DNA of 29,067 nt from an uncultured Pseudomonadota bacterium (GTDB lineage: Bacteria > Babelota > Babeliae > Babelales > RVW-14). A model generated the notes under the pieces. The model was not told the DNA's origin. It was given only the letters and a program-made list of their open reading frames with translations, and ran no database searches. This document shows positions 16,750-27,541 of the stretch, one piece after another. The position numbers and the translations under genes are program-made. Each line of letters opens with the position of its first letter. The stretch's first letter is position 1. The stretch is taken from NCBI GenBank assembly GCA_964561585.1, contig CAZLQB010000002.1:1-29067 (forward strand), read 5' to 3'.

Positions 16750-19332
16750 TTATTGCTCCATAAGCATATCATCGCTTGGAGAAGGCTCTCGACCAACAGG
16801 AGTTACCACGGCCTGACGTCCTCCATCATTCACAGGCGTCTTAGTTGCCGGCAAAATATCCATAGCTGCTGCCCCAACCGCTATGTTAGCCACATCAGTA
16901 AAATGTCTAACATAAACATAGGGCATAACCTCTACTAATTGACACTCTTGCTTAACGCCAACACGGGCATACGCCTCTGGTTCCTTTAAGACGCGTATTT
17001 GCTTAAGTATTTCTTCATGATTTAGAGTTTTTTCTTCATACTCGACATCCTTTGCCATAATTGCAGCTCTCTTCGCAATTAGCTCATCCTTCTGTTGCGT
17101 AAGAATATTAAGCTTTGTTGTTTGCTCTTTGCTCCAAATAAACTTGTCTAATAAAACAGCATTAACGTCAATTTCTCCTAAATTTTGAAATTTCTTTTTT
17201 GCTTTTTTAGATAGACCCGAATCGGATACAATGCTAACACAAAGGGCAATTACCTGAGCATTAATCTCACTAATTTGTTTATCAACAACCTTAATATCTA
17301 ATTCTTTTTTATTCAATTTACGTACAAACCTAAAATCTGCCTGTATATTTTCTTCATCAAAAATAATCAACGGGAAAACAGAATGTATCGTTGTAACATA
17401 AACTGTATGCTCCGCAGGACCTCCAAAATTAATATCAATCTTATCGATATGCTTAAAAAGGTTTACGTACATAAAACCATCACCTTCACACCCAGGCTTT
17501 AACAACTTGGGATGTTTTATAAGAAAAACAGAAGACTCCGGCGTATTGGTTGGATTTGCATAAACCTCAGCAGAAACAGGTTTCTTAATTTCATTATGCA
17601 ATTTTGCCACATAGGCTAAAAAATTATCCCTATAACATTTTGGAAAAATTCCAGAGACTTTATAGGCTTCGCTTCCTGGCGTGCTCTGTTTCTCTCGAAT
17701 AAGCCATTCAACTAATTTAACCCCTGATGATTCATTATTCGCTAATTCGGTCGAGCCATAAACAAAGAGAGGCTTAGCCTTACGCGCTTCATCATTAAGA
17801 TCCAACGCTTTATAAACAGGGAAAGGGATTTTCCCAACTTTTGGCAAGTAAAAATGGCCACCGGCCGCATTTGGAGCCGTAGCTTTTTCAATTGAAGGCT
17901 GATAAATATGATCATCCTTTATGAAAACTATTTTTTCAAAATCTAACTTAGGATTTTGAAGCAAGCCAATCGCAAGTTCTATCTTTTTTGCTAATATCAA
18001 CAAATTCTTATAAGCAAACGAAATAACATCGACATCAAATTCATCATGATGAATACCCATAAGATGCTTGTAATCAAGAATACGTTCGTATGCCTTCTGA
18101 AGCCTTAACTTTATTTCTTCTTTTTTTTCTCCTGCTGCCGCTGCATTGAAACCAACAATAGCCGTGGCAATCTGTTGATCTGCTTGAAAAGATAATCGAA
18201 TTATTTCGTTATAAAAAAACTCGGTTTGATTTACCAAATAAGGATCCAAAAGCGCTGCCTTATAACAATGAATATTAAAAACAAGATGACGCACAAGAGC
18301 GGACAATCTATCGGTTTTTTCTAAGTCAAAATGAATAAGCTGGATTAAATCAGATGAATATAAAGCTTTAAAAAAATCTACCTTATAAGAAGGCTCCAAC
18401 ATTGCATTATCTTTATTTAAGGTTCCATTAAAATACAATTCTATGTCATGACCAATAAGCTTTAAATCTCTACTTTTATTCAATAAACCAGAATCGTCGT
18501 CCTGGAGTTCAAACCCCGCAAAATCCTCTTTTGTTTTTTTTGTAACCGTACGTGTTTTTTCATCAAACTCGTAAAAACGCATGACATGGTTCCGTAGGTC
18601 CTCATCAACACACTCCGACGGTGCAACTAAAAGAGCAAATATCAATCTTTCCATTGCTACTTCAATGGATATATTGAAATCAATTTCCACAATAGAATCG
18701 CTTTCTAAATTAGCCTTCGCATGAGGCACCTGAGGAGACTTCATAGGAAAAGGCTTCATTATCCCTCGCGCAGGAGACCCTGGAACCATTGGCGACACCA
18801 AAGAACGAACAGCAGAAGGTTTTCTAGATAGCGGCAGTACCCTTGGATGATCATCAGCATGCCCTACACTATTTGATTCAACGCCAACAGCATCCGTTCG
18901 TAAAACCTTATCAAGATTCGCCAAAAACCCAAATCTAATATACTTCTTAAATATTTCATCCAGAGATCCCAAAACCTTGTCCTTATCCAATAGTCCACCC
19001 TCAGAATCGTCAAGTAAACTCATTTTACTCAATTGTTTCACTAAAGACTCGGCATCAGCTTTTTTTAAACTATCAAAATACGACGTGATCTGATCTTCGG
19101 TAAAGCCAAGCCTCCTTAAAAAACTCATCAAAACAGTGTTAACATTTTCAGCATCTGGGGCTCTAACTCGTTGCTCTTTTAGTGCCGGCCCCTGATCGTC
19201 CACACCAACATATTCCCCAACAGGAATTTTTCTTTTTGGTGCCCTTGGCGGAGTTCCGCCCATGCTAAATAAAGACAAGGTAAAAATAGAAATTAATATC
19301 GATAATGATAGCGAAAAAGCTTTTTTCATCAT
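16750..19332 (-). CDS. Large secreted hypothetical protein (860 aa) with a Sec signal peptide and no recognisable domains
   Basis: N-terminus MMKKAFSLSLSILISIFTLSLFS. A proline-rich, low-complexity linker (PRVLPLSRKPSAVRSLVSPMVPGSPARG). Strong SD AAGGAG. No catalytic motifs were recognised. Confidence 0.55.
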   Translation of the reverse strand: MMKKAFSLSLSILISIFTLSLFSMGGTPPRAPKRKIPVGEYVGVDDQGPALKEQRVRAPDAENVNTVLMSFLRRLGFTEDQITSYFDSLKKADAESLVKQLSKMSLLDDSEGGLLDKDKVLGSLDEIFKKYIRFGFLANLDKVLRTDAVGVESNSVGHADDHPRVLPLSRKPSAVRSLVSPMVPGSPARGIMKPFPMKSPQVPHAKANLESDSIVEIDFNISIEVAMERLIFALLVAPSECVDEDLRNHVMRFYEFDEKTRTVTKKTKEDFAGFELQDDDSGLLNKSRDLKLIGHDIELYFNGTLNKDNAMLEPSYKVDFFKALYSSDLIQLIHFDLEKTDRLSALVRHLVFNIHCYKAALLDPYLVNQTEFFYNEIIRLSFQADQQIATAIVGFNAAAAGEKKEEIKLRLQKAYERILDYKHLMGIHHDEFDVDVISFAYKNLLILAKKIELAIGLLQNPKLDFEKIVFIKDDHIYQPSIEKATAPNAAGGHFYLPKVGKIPFPVYKALDLNDEARKAKPLFVYGSTELANNESSGVKLVEWLIREKQSTPGSEAYKVSGIFPKCYRDNFLAYVAKLHNEIKKPVSAEVYANPTNTPESSVFLIKHPKLLKPGCEGDGFMYVNLFKHIDKIDINFGGPAEHTVYVTTIHSVFPLIIFDEENIQADFRFVRKLNKKELDIKVVDKQISEINAQVIALCVSIVSDSGLSKKAKKKFQNLGEIDVNAVLLDKFIWSKEQTTKLNILTQQKDELIAKRAAIMAKDVEYEEKTLNHEEILKQIRVLKEPEAYARVGVKQECQLVEVMPYVYVRHFTDVANIAVGAAAMDILPATKTPVNDGGRQAVVTPVGREPSPSDDMLMEQ

Positions 19333-19439
19333 AACACCCCGGACTCCTTAATAGAAATAGGCCGAAATACACAAAACACAAATTTAGGCTATCAAATAAC
19401 TATTCGGTTTTGCAAATTCAGCAAAAAAATAAGGGACGG

Positions 19440-19705
19440 TGAAGAACCACTCATCCTACCTTGTCGTGCTGGGCCCTGTCCGGAACTTGATTCAGAAGTG
19501 ATTCAGCATCCATCTTTCAGCTTATTCAATTGATTTTATGATGGATCCTCGATCCCAGCCGTCGCCAAGGCTATCATCCGTCGCTCTACGTAGCTATGGA
19601 TGACAGGTGGCGGGCAGGCACGTCGAGGATGACAAAGCAGAAAAAACGCACATTTTAAACAACTTCGGACGGTTATGAAACAAGTTCAGGATGACAAGGC
19701 GGCTG
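19440..19705. repeat. GC-rich intergenic island of degenerate repeat modules
   Basis: The module GGATGACARG occurs three times (19593, 19627, 19689). ggccctgtccgg (19468) and ctatggatgacagg (19590) are variants of the gcctgtccgcc / ctatggcggacagg modules seen at 5656 and 3133. Confidence 0.55.
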
Positions 19706-19714
19706 ATGAAAAAT

Positions 19715-20899
19715 TCAAATCCCAATGCCCTTTTTTTTGATACTTTTAGGCGACATAAAGACGCGGCGTTGGTGCTCAAGGCTACGTTTGCTCATAACAT
19801 GATAAAAGAAATCGCGATCTGCCCCGCGAATAACGGCCTGCTCGTGCGCCTCGGCCAAAGCGACCGGGTATCCCCGCCCCTTATTGGCCTGGTCAAGGGC
19901 AACGGCACACACTAAATCAATCGCCGAAGGATCGTTAGCAACCCATGCCGGAATCTCGATACGAACAACCTCGCTGCCAACATCAAGATAAAAAAATGCT
20001 GGTTTGAGGTGTGGTGGATAATGTTCAATAATTTTTGACGTGCTATAAAAAATGGTCGTCCGCCCAAATTCGGGCAATAATAATTTGCACAACTGAGCAT
20101 CAATTACTTGATCAACGGCCTTGCAGGGGAAATCGGCAAAAGCACTGTAGCACCCAATACAATTTGCTTTTTCAAAGCGGCACAAACCAATGCGTGTTAA
20201 ATTTACCAGTTCTTTGCTTTTGGGCATGCTAATATACCCTGCCATCACAATTGCGTTATCATAAAACTTTTGTAAATAGTCCATATACACACGCAAAAAG
20301 GCATCGCAAACTTCCTGCGGCTTGCCTTCCAAGTGCCAAAAAATCAGACTGCCATCAAATAAAAAAACAAATGGTGGGCGTTGCCCAACTGCTGGAGGAT
20401 TTTTCCATGTGTTAATGACATGCATTGCTTTTTCAAAAGCGGTTTCAAATTCACAAGCTTCACGTTTTAGGTCAACCATATCGAGTGAAAAATGGCCAAG
20501 ATCTTCGATAAATTTTTCTGGGGTAAAAACCTGCGGAACTGAAAAAAATTCAACCGAACTTTGCTGCCCATAACGCAACAAACAACCTCCCGTATTGACC
20601 ACAAAACAGCCAACCCCGCTCAAATGGCGCTCGGGGTATACTTGCGACCCGTCAACACCCAAAACGGTGTACTCAGCCAAAGGAGCAGGCGCCTCAAACA
20701 CATCCGATAAATTACCCTGCCACCGCGGCAACAAAAAAGAGCTTTCGCTATCGGTCACGCGATTAACAAAGCATTGATCAGTAGTAATTGCTTCCCACGT
20801 TTTAAGCGCCAATAACGACTGATTTTCTTCTTGGCCCGAAAATAGCTGTGATGAAATTTGATCTAAAAGATGCACAAGTTTATTGCGGTCAAGCACCAA
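19715..20899 (-). CDS. Hypothetical NurA-like nuclease-domain protein. The start is TTG at 20899, or more likely GTG at 20896.
   Basis: There are two DGS motifs (LGVDGSQVYP and VFLFDGSLIF) and a C-terminal YPVALAEAHEQAVIRG motif reminiscent of NurA catalytic motifs. The assignment is from memory of the family rather than a search. It is translationally coupled to the upstream PQ-loop gene. Confidence 0.4.
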   Translation of the reverse strand: MVLDRNKLVHLLDQISSQLFSGQEENQSLLALKTWEAITTDQCFVNRVTDSESSFLLPRWQGNLSDVFEAPAPLAEYTVLGVDGSQVYPERHLSGVGCFVVNTGGCLLRYGQQSSVEFFSVPQVFTPEKFIEDLGHFSLDMVDLKREACEFETAFEKAMHVINTWKNPPAVGQRPPFVFLFDGSLIFWHLEGKPQEVCDAFLRVYMDYLQKFYDNAIVMAGYISMPKSKELVNLTRIGLCRFEKANCIGCYSAFADFPCKAVDQVIDAQLCKLLLPEFGRTTIFYSTSKIIEHYPPHLKPAFFYLDVGSEVVRIEIPAWVANDPSAIDLVCAVALDQANKGRGYPVALAEAHEQAVIRGADRDFFYHVMSKRSLEHQRRVFMSPKSIKKKGIGI

Positions 20900-20905
20900 G
20901 GCTCC

Positions 20906-21526
20906 TTATTCGCTATATAACCAAAATTGTCCAAACCAAATAGCCCCTATAACAATACCACGGAGCGCACTTAATAAGGTTTGTATGGGCAAACCAACAA
21001 ACCAAGCCGTTGCAAGTTCGACAAGCGCTGCCATAAAAGAAAAGCCGGCAAAGAAAAAACTAAACCCGACAACGCTTTTATGCTTAAATATTTTAACTAC
21101 CTGCGGCAATTGGTTAACAAGCGAAAAGGCAAACATAGTCCACCCGGCAAAACACCCAACACCAATTGGATCTTGAATGGTTAATGGAATAAAGAACAGC
21201 GATGCCATCATATTCCCGCTATATAAAAACCAAAATGGTTTTGCTTGTTTAAAATCATCGTAATATAATCTTTGCCCAATCAAAACAATAAGCGCAAAAA
21301 TCTGTAATGGACAGCAAATTTTGTATGCCATTGGCAAGTTGCTTGCAAACACATAATAGAGCACAGCAACCATGGTATTAAAGTAGGCAAAGATCATGAG
21401 CTCGCTCAAGCCTTTACCCGATTTTTGCTTAAAATTGGTGATGATTTGTGGAATATAGACGAGCACATAACAAATTTGCGCCGCCCACATACCAATAAAA
21501 CTTATAAGTCCTAGCGAAATATTCAT
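20906..21526 (-). CDS. PQ-loop repeat 7TM membrane protein (cystinosin/LCT-like or SemiSWEET-related fold)
   Basis: Two PQ-loop motifs (YIPQIITNFKQKSGKGLS and QLPQVVKIFKHKSVVGFS). Seven predicted TM helices in 206 aa. Confidence 0.6.
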   Translation of the reverse strand: MNISLGLISFIGMWAAQICYVLVYIPQIITNFKQKSGKGLSELMIFAYFNTMVAVLYYVFASNLPMAYKICCPLQIFALIVLIGQRLYYDDFKQAKPFWFLYSGNMMASLFFIPLTIQDPIGVGCFAGWTMFAFSLVNQLPQVVKIFKHKSVVGFSFFFAGFSFMAALVELATAWFVGLPIQTLLSALRGIVIGAIWFGQFWLYSE

Positions 21527-21874
21527 AAAGCCCCCTTTGCCCCTGCGTTACATTTTTATGATAAAAACCCCAAACCATCCTATTTAATCTTATCAACAAG
21601 CCTTGCGACCTGCAATAAAACACCTATTGCTGTACCCTTATTTCCATAAATGAATAAAAATATGAATAAAAAGTTTTTGTGAATGGCTGAATAATCTTGC
21701 TGTTTTTTCATAAAAAGAATTTAATCTGCGCGCGTATTTTTACGATGGTAATACGCAAATATCACCTCAAGACTACCATATAAAAGCCATTTTGCCTATT
21801 CCTGCCGCTTTTTATTGGTTTTTTAGCCTTTTCGCGTTTTTACCCAAAAATGAACTCTTAAGCTCTGTCCGCAA

Positions 21875-22666
21875 TCACAAATCAATCAATTGAACATTTG
21901 CAACAATGTCCCCAATCAACCGACGAGCAATAAACTGAAATTGCTTCGCATCCTTGGTCGCATAAAATTGATAATTTGGTATATCAACCAGAGCATTTTG
22001 CAGCAAAACACGTTTAACCTGCCGCGCAACAGGATCATTTGAATCAAGAATGGTCACCGAAGGGCCAACGATGCTTTGTAATTGTGCACGCACAAAGGGA
22101 TAATGGGTGCTACATAAACCAATAACGTCCGCATTATTATCTATTGCTGGAGCAATAAGCGTGCGTAGTAATATTTCCATTTCAGGTGTATTAATCTTGC
22201 CCGCTTCAACCAAATCGGCAAGGCCCGGACACCCAATACTCAAAACCTGTGCACCATGAGCAAACTTATTAATAAGATCCTGGATATAATTACCACTGGC
22301 CGTTAATGGCGTAGATAAAATAGCAACACAGCCTGTTTTTGTTTGTTCACAAGCGGGTTTGACAACCGGAACCACCCCGACAAATGGGATGGAGAATTTT
22401 GAGCGCAAATAGTCGATGCTTGCAACCGTTGCCGTATTGCAAGCAATAACAACTAATTTTACGTCATGTTTATCGATCAAAAATTGTACAATTTTTTCTG
22501 AAATTTGCTGGATCTGTTCGGTGGTTTTTTGACCAAACGGCATGTATTTATTGCCCGCAACATACACAATATCTTCGTTGGGCAATAAACGCGTAATTGA
22601 TTGGAAAATGCCGAGGCCGCCAACCCCAGAATCAAACATGCCGATAGGTTTATTTAATAAAGGCAT
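21875..22666 (-). CDS. murI: Glutamate racemase
   Basis: IGMFDSGVGGLGIF N-terminal motif, with the conserved Cys-containing motifs (VIACNTA and GCTHYP). Confidence 0.9.
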   Translation of the reverse strand: MPLLNKPIGMFDSGVGGLGIFQSITRLLPNEDIVYVAGNKYMPFGQKTTEQIQQISEKIVQFLIDKHDVKLVVIACNTATVASIDYLRSKFSIPFVGVVPVVKPACEQTKTGCVAILSTPLTASGNYIQDLINKFAHGAQVLSIGCPGLADLVEAGKINTPEMEILLRTLIAPAIDNNADVIGLCSTHYPFVRAQLQSIVGPSVTILDSNDPVARQVKRVLLQNALVDIPNYQFYATKDAKQFQFIARRLIGDIVANVQLIDL

Positions 22667-22677
22667 TGTTAATTATA

Positions 22678-22706
22678 TGCAGGCCGTTCCCTCCTGCACC
22701 TCCCTA
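22678..22706 (-). repeat. Palindromic repeat copy C (an exact inverted copy of 102..130), lying in the 44-bp secA-murI spacer
   Basis: tgcaggccgttccctcctgcacctcccta is the reverse complement of tagggaggtgcaggagggaacggcctgca. Confidence 0.8.
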
Positions 22707-22710
22707 ATAC

Positions 22711-25269
22711 TTAATTTTTGCCGCAACAGTGCTTGTATTTTTTGCCCGAACCGCATGGGCAAAGTTCATTTCGCCCAACTTTAGGTTGCACGCGCTTAAC
22801 CGTTTTGGCATCAGCCTTACCGGTTCCATCGCCACCTAATTGTAACGTTGCTAATTCTTGTTCTTTTTCTTCTTCAATTTCTTCAAGAGCATCAATTGAA
22901 TAATCTTCTGGGCGCATGTGAAAAACACGTTGAAGAATATCCCACTTAATTTGTTCCATCATACGCTCAAACTCAAAATATGATTCGCGCTTATACTCAA
23001 TTAATGGATTTTTTGAGCCGTAACCGCGCCAACCAATACCTTCTTTAAGATGATCAATATTCAAAAGGTGCAAACGCCATGCGTGATCAATTGTCTCGAG
23101 TAAAACCCATTTTTCAGCACGGGCAACAAAATCTGGCTGATCGGGCATTTTTGCCGCCATTGCCATACGAATTTGTTCATATTGATAAATGAGAAACTCT
23201 GCAACAGCAATCTCAAAGCTCGTTTGATTTTTTGGCAACTGAATACGGTCAAAAAATTCGCTTGGCATCCCGGTCACTTTTTCAAGGGACTGGATAACCG
23301 CTGCGCGCTCCTCATGCGTTCCTCCACCATGTGGGCAATAAATATCAAACAACTTATGCACCACATCGGTCGCCATTTCTTTGATAAGGCCAACAATGAG
23401 CTCGCCACCCTCCAAAATATCACGGCGATATTGGTAAATAATGGCACGTTGTTGGTTAAGCACATCGTCATATTCGATCAAATGCTTACGAATATCAAAA
23501 TTATGTTTTTCAACGCGTTCCTGTGCCTTTTCGATGCTACGGGAAACCATACGATGCTCAATGCTTTCGCCGGGAAGCATGCCAATCCGCTCCATGGTCT
23601 TTTTGAGTCGTTCGCCACCAAAAATGCGCATCAAATCGTCTTCTAATGATAGATAAAACTTTGATGACCCAGGGTCACCTTGCCGCCCAGCGCGTCCACG
23701 CAATTGGTTATCAATACGACGACTTTCATGCCGCTCGGTACCAATAATACGTAACCCTCCAGCCGCAACAACCCCTTGCCCAAGCTTAATATCGGTACCA
23801 CGACCGGCCATATTGGTTGCAATAGTCACCTTGCCGGCCTCGCCCGCTTCCTTAATAATCTCAGCTTCACGCTCATGCTGCTTTGCATTCAAAACATTAT
23901 GCATAAGCCCTTGTTGCGCCAACAAATAACTCAAATATTCTGATGTTTCGATAGAAACGGTACCAACAAGCACCGGCTGTCCGCGCTTATTGCAATCTTT
24001 TATATCTTGAGCAACGGCTGCAAACTTATCCTCACGCGTCAAAAACACGATATCGGCTTCGTCATTTCTAACCATTGGACGATTTGTTGGAATTACGATA
24101 ACGCCCAGCTTATAAATTTTCCAAAACTCGGCCGCTTCGGTCTCGGCCGTTCCGGTCATACCGGCAAGTTTTTTGTACATTCTGAAGTAATTTTGTAGCG
24201 TAATGGATGCTAATGTCTGGTTTTCACGCTCAACTTTAACCTTTTCTTTGGCTTCAAGTGCTTGATGCAACCCATCGCTGTAGCGACGACCGGGCAATAT
24301 ACGACCAGTAAATTCGTCTACAATTAAAACTTCGCCTTCGCGTACTACATAATCAACGTCAACCTTAAAAAGGGTATGAGCGCGCAATGCTTGCGACGTA
24401 TGGTGAAGCGCCAAAATATTTTCTGGTGCGTAAAGATTATCTATCTTAAAGTAGTCCTCAATTTTATCGGTTCCAGCCTCACTCAAATGTACCGACCTGG
24501 CCTTTTCATCAACATCATAATCTTCTTTGCGCAGGGTTAAAACGGCTCGATCGGCCTCTTGATATAAGTTGCTCCCTTTTTCACTTGGCCCTGAAATAAT
24601 GAGCGGCGTACGCGCCTCATCGACCAAAATCGAGTCAACTTCGTCAACGATACAGAAGTTAAGTTCCCTTTGAACAAGGTCCTTTTTATCAAATTTCATG
24701 TTATCACGCAGGTAATCAAAACCAAATTCACTATTGGTTCCATACGTAATATCTGCACCGTAAACAAGCTTGCGTTCGGCATCTTCCATGCTGTTTTGTA
24801 GCACGCCAACCTCAAGCCCTAAATTTTTGTAAACGAGATTCATCCACTCGGCGTCGCGGCGAGCCAAATAGTCGTTAACCGTAATAAGATGGGCCCCCTT
24901 GCCTGACAATGCATTCAAATATAATGGCAAAGTAGCGACAAGTGTTTTCCCCTCACCGGTTTTCATTTCAGCGATTTTGCCTTCGTGTAAAACAATACCA
25001 CCAACCAACTGAACATCGTAATGGCGTTCATTACGAAAACGGTGACTTGTTTCACGCACAACGGCAAAAGCTTCAAATAAAATACTATCCAGCGGTTCAC
25101 CGCGGGATATGCGCTCTCTAAATATGTTGGTTTTGGCCATCAACTCGGCATTTGATAGCTCTTTTATTGCGGCCTCAAATGAGTTGATTTTTTCAACCAT
25201 TGGGTGAAGGCGCTTTAAATCGCGTTCATTTTTTGTTCCAAATACTTTTGCTAAAATTTTTGCAATCAT
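22711..25269 (-). CDS. secA: Preprotein translocase ATPase SecA
   Basis: Canonical N-terminus (KVFGTKNERDLKRL), the DEAD-like motor motifs, and a C-terminal zinc-binding CPCGSGKKYKHCCG. Confidence 0.95.
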   Translation of the reverse strand: MIAKILAKVFGTKNERDLKRLHPMVEKINSFEAAIKELSNAELMAKTNIFRERISRGEPLDSILFEAFAVVRETSHRFRNERHYDVQLVGGIVLHEGKIAEMKTGEGKTLVATLPLYLNALSGKGAHLITVNDYLARRDAEWMNLVYKNLGLEVGVLQNSMEDAERKLVYGADITYGTNSEFGFDYLRDNMKFDKKDLVQRELNFCIVDEVDSILVDEARTPLIISGPSEKGSNLYQEADRAVLTLRKEDYDVDEKARSVHLSEAGTDKIEDYFKIDNLYAPENILALHHTSQALRAHTLFKVDVDYVVREGEVLIVDEFTGRILPGRRYSDGLHQALEAKEKVKVERENQTLASITLQNYFRMYKKLAGMTGTAETEAAEFWKIYKLGVIVIPTNRPMVRNDEADIVFLTREDKFAAVAQDIKDCNKRGQPVLVGTVSIETSEYLSYLLAQQGLMHNVLNAKQHEREAEIIKEAGEAGKVTIATNMAGRGTDIKLGQGVVAAGGLRIIGTERHESRRIDNQLRGRAGRQGDPGSSKFYLSLEDDLMRIFGGERLKKTMERIGMLPGESIEHRMVSRSIEKAQERVEKHNFDIRKHLIEYDDVLNQQRAIIYQYRRDILEGGELIVGLIKEMATDVVHKLFDIYCPHGGGTHEERAAVIQSLEKVTGMPSEFFDRIQLPKNQTSFEIAVAEFLIYQYEQIRMAMAAKMPDQPDFVARAEKWVLLETIDHAWRLHLLNIDHLKEGIGWRGYGSKNPLIEYKRESYFEFERMMEQIKWDILQRVFHMRPEDYSIDALEEIEEEKEQELATLQLGGDGTGKADAKTVKRVQPKVGRNELCPCGSGKKYKHCCGKN

Positions 25270-25408
25270 TGGGCGATCCTAACCATTTTAAACTTTTTCG
25301 ACTCCCCCAGACCATGATCTCATGGCCACCTTTTTTTACGGAAAAAGCTTTTGATAAACATCTTAAAGTAACGTCAGCTTACCACAAATGTCTAAAGTAT
25401 TGGAAGAA

Positions 25409-25441
25409 AAATGATTCTCAAATGATTCTCAAATGATTCTC
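25409..25441. repeat. Perfect 11-bp tandem repeat (AAATGATTCTC) x3 in the secA/atpD divergent promoter region
   Basis: Direct reading: gaaaaatgattctcaaatgattctcaaatgattctcatt. Confidence 0.85.
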
Positions 25442-25528
25442 ATTATGAAGCATTAAAACGGTAATTTCTTTTTTGTTTTATCTTATTAATATAAAAAAAC
25501 CCTTGTGCTATGCTCATCGCTGAGCTAA

Positions 25529-27051
<1,523 letters not shown>

Positions 27052-27052
<1 letters not shown>

Positions 27053-27312
27053 TGGCAACAGAATCTTTTGTTCTTGAAATCATTAGCCCAACAAGTAATC
27101 AGCGCCTAACGGTTGAATGGGTTGAGATTGAAAGCCCAACCGGAAGCTTTTTTGTTGGCCACCAACACACTCCCCTTGTTTCGCTGATTAAAAAGAAAAG
27201 CTCGTTTTCCTACAAACAAGTTGGTGAAAAAATACCACACAGCTTTATTGTCCACGAAGGCTTTTTTCGCATAAATTCCGATAACAACGCTGCCGTTATT
27301 TTGACATCTTAA
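27052..27312 (+). CDS. atpC: F-type ATP synthase epsilon subunit. Only the N-terminal beta-sandwich domain is present (86 aa).
   Basis: The ATG overlaps the atpD stop (TAATG). The N-terminal pattern (LEIISPTSNQRLTVEWVEIESPTGSFFVGHQHTPLVSLIKK) fits the epsilon beta-sandwich. There are no C-terminal helices. Confidence 0.65.
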
Positions 27313-27370
27313 TTTTGCTTATAAAAAAGCCAATAATTCCTAAACCAGGAGTGCTTTTAGTGTTTTATCA

Positions 27371-27398
27371 ATTGACTATCAGGCGACTTCTGCTAGAC
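27371..27398 (+). promoter_or_regulatory. Candidate sigma70-type promoter for the NTT gene (TTGACT-16-TAGACT)
   Basis: -35-like TTGACT at 27371-27376 and -10-like TAGACT at 27393-27398, in a 229-bp AT-rich leader. Further downstream there is a direct repeat GTGTTTTATTT x2 (27512 and 27530). Confidence 0.3.
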
Positions 27399-27541
27399 TT
27401 TGATCTTTCTTAGTTGACGTAAACGTATCTTTAAAAAACTTTCACAGATTGTAATATTTAAAGCAAAGCAAAGCATTTTTCAAAGGAATCTACCAAGATA
27501 ATTCGAAAAGTGTTTTATTTTTCTTTTTAGGTGTTTTATTT

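Noticed and set aside
19590-19705. GGATGACA direct repeats considered as a CRISPR or iteron origin
   Set aside because: The spacing is irregular and the units are short (8-10 bp). No cas or rep genes are nearby. They are better explained as repeat-family debris or regulator sites.
21429-21623. A 64-aa minus-strand ORF at the PQ-loop gene start
   Set aside because: It is out of frame and overlaps the better-supported PQ-loop CDS and its promoter region.
25200-25436. A 78-aa plus-strand ORF spanning the secA start and promoter
   Set aside because: It overlaps the secA 5' end on the opposite strand and the tandem repeat. There is no SD. It is an artefact.
25409-25441. Possible CRISPR array
   Set aside because: It has only three 11-bp units with no spacers. 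CRISPR repeats are 24-48 bp and are separated by unique spacers. It is a simple tandem repeat.
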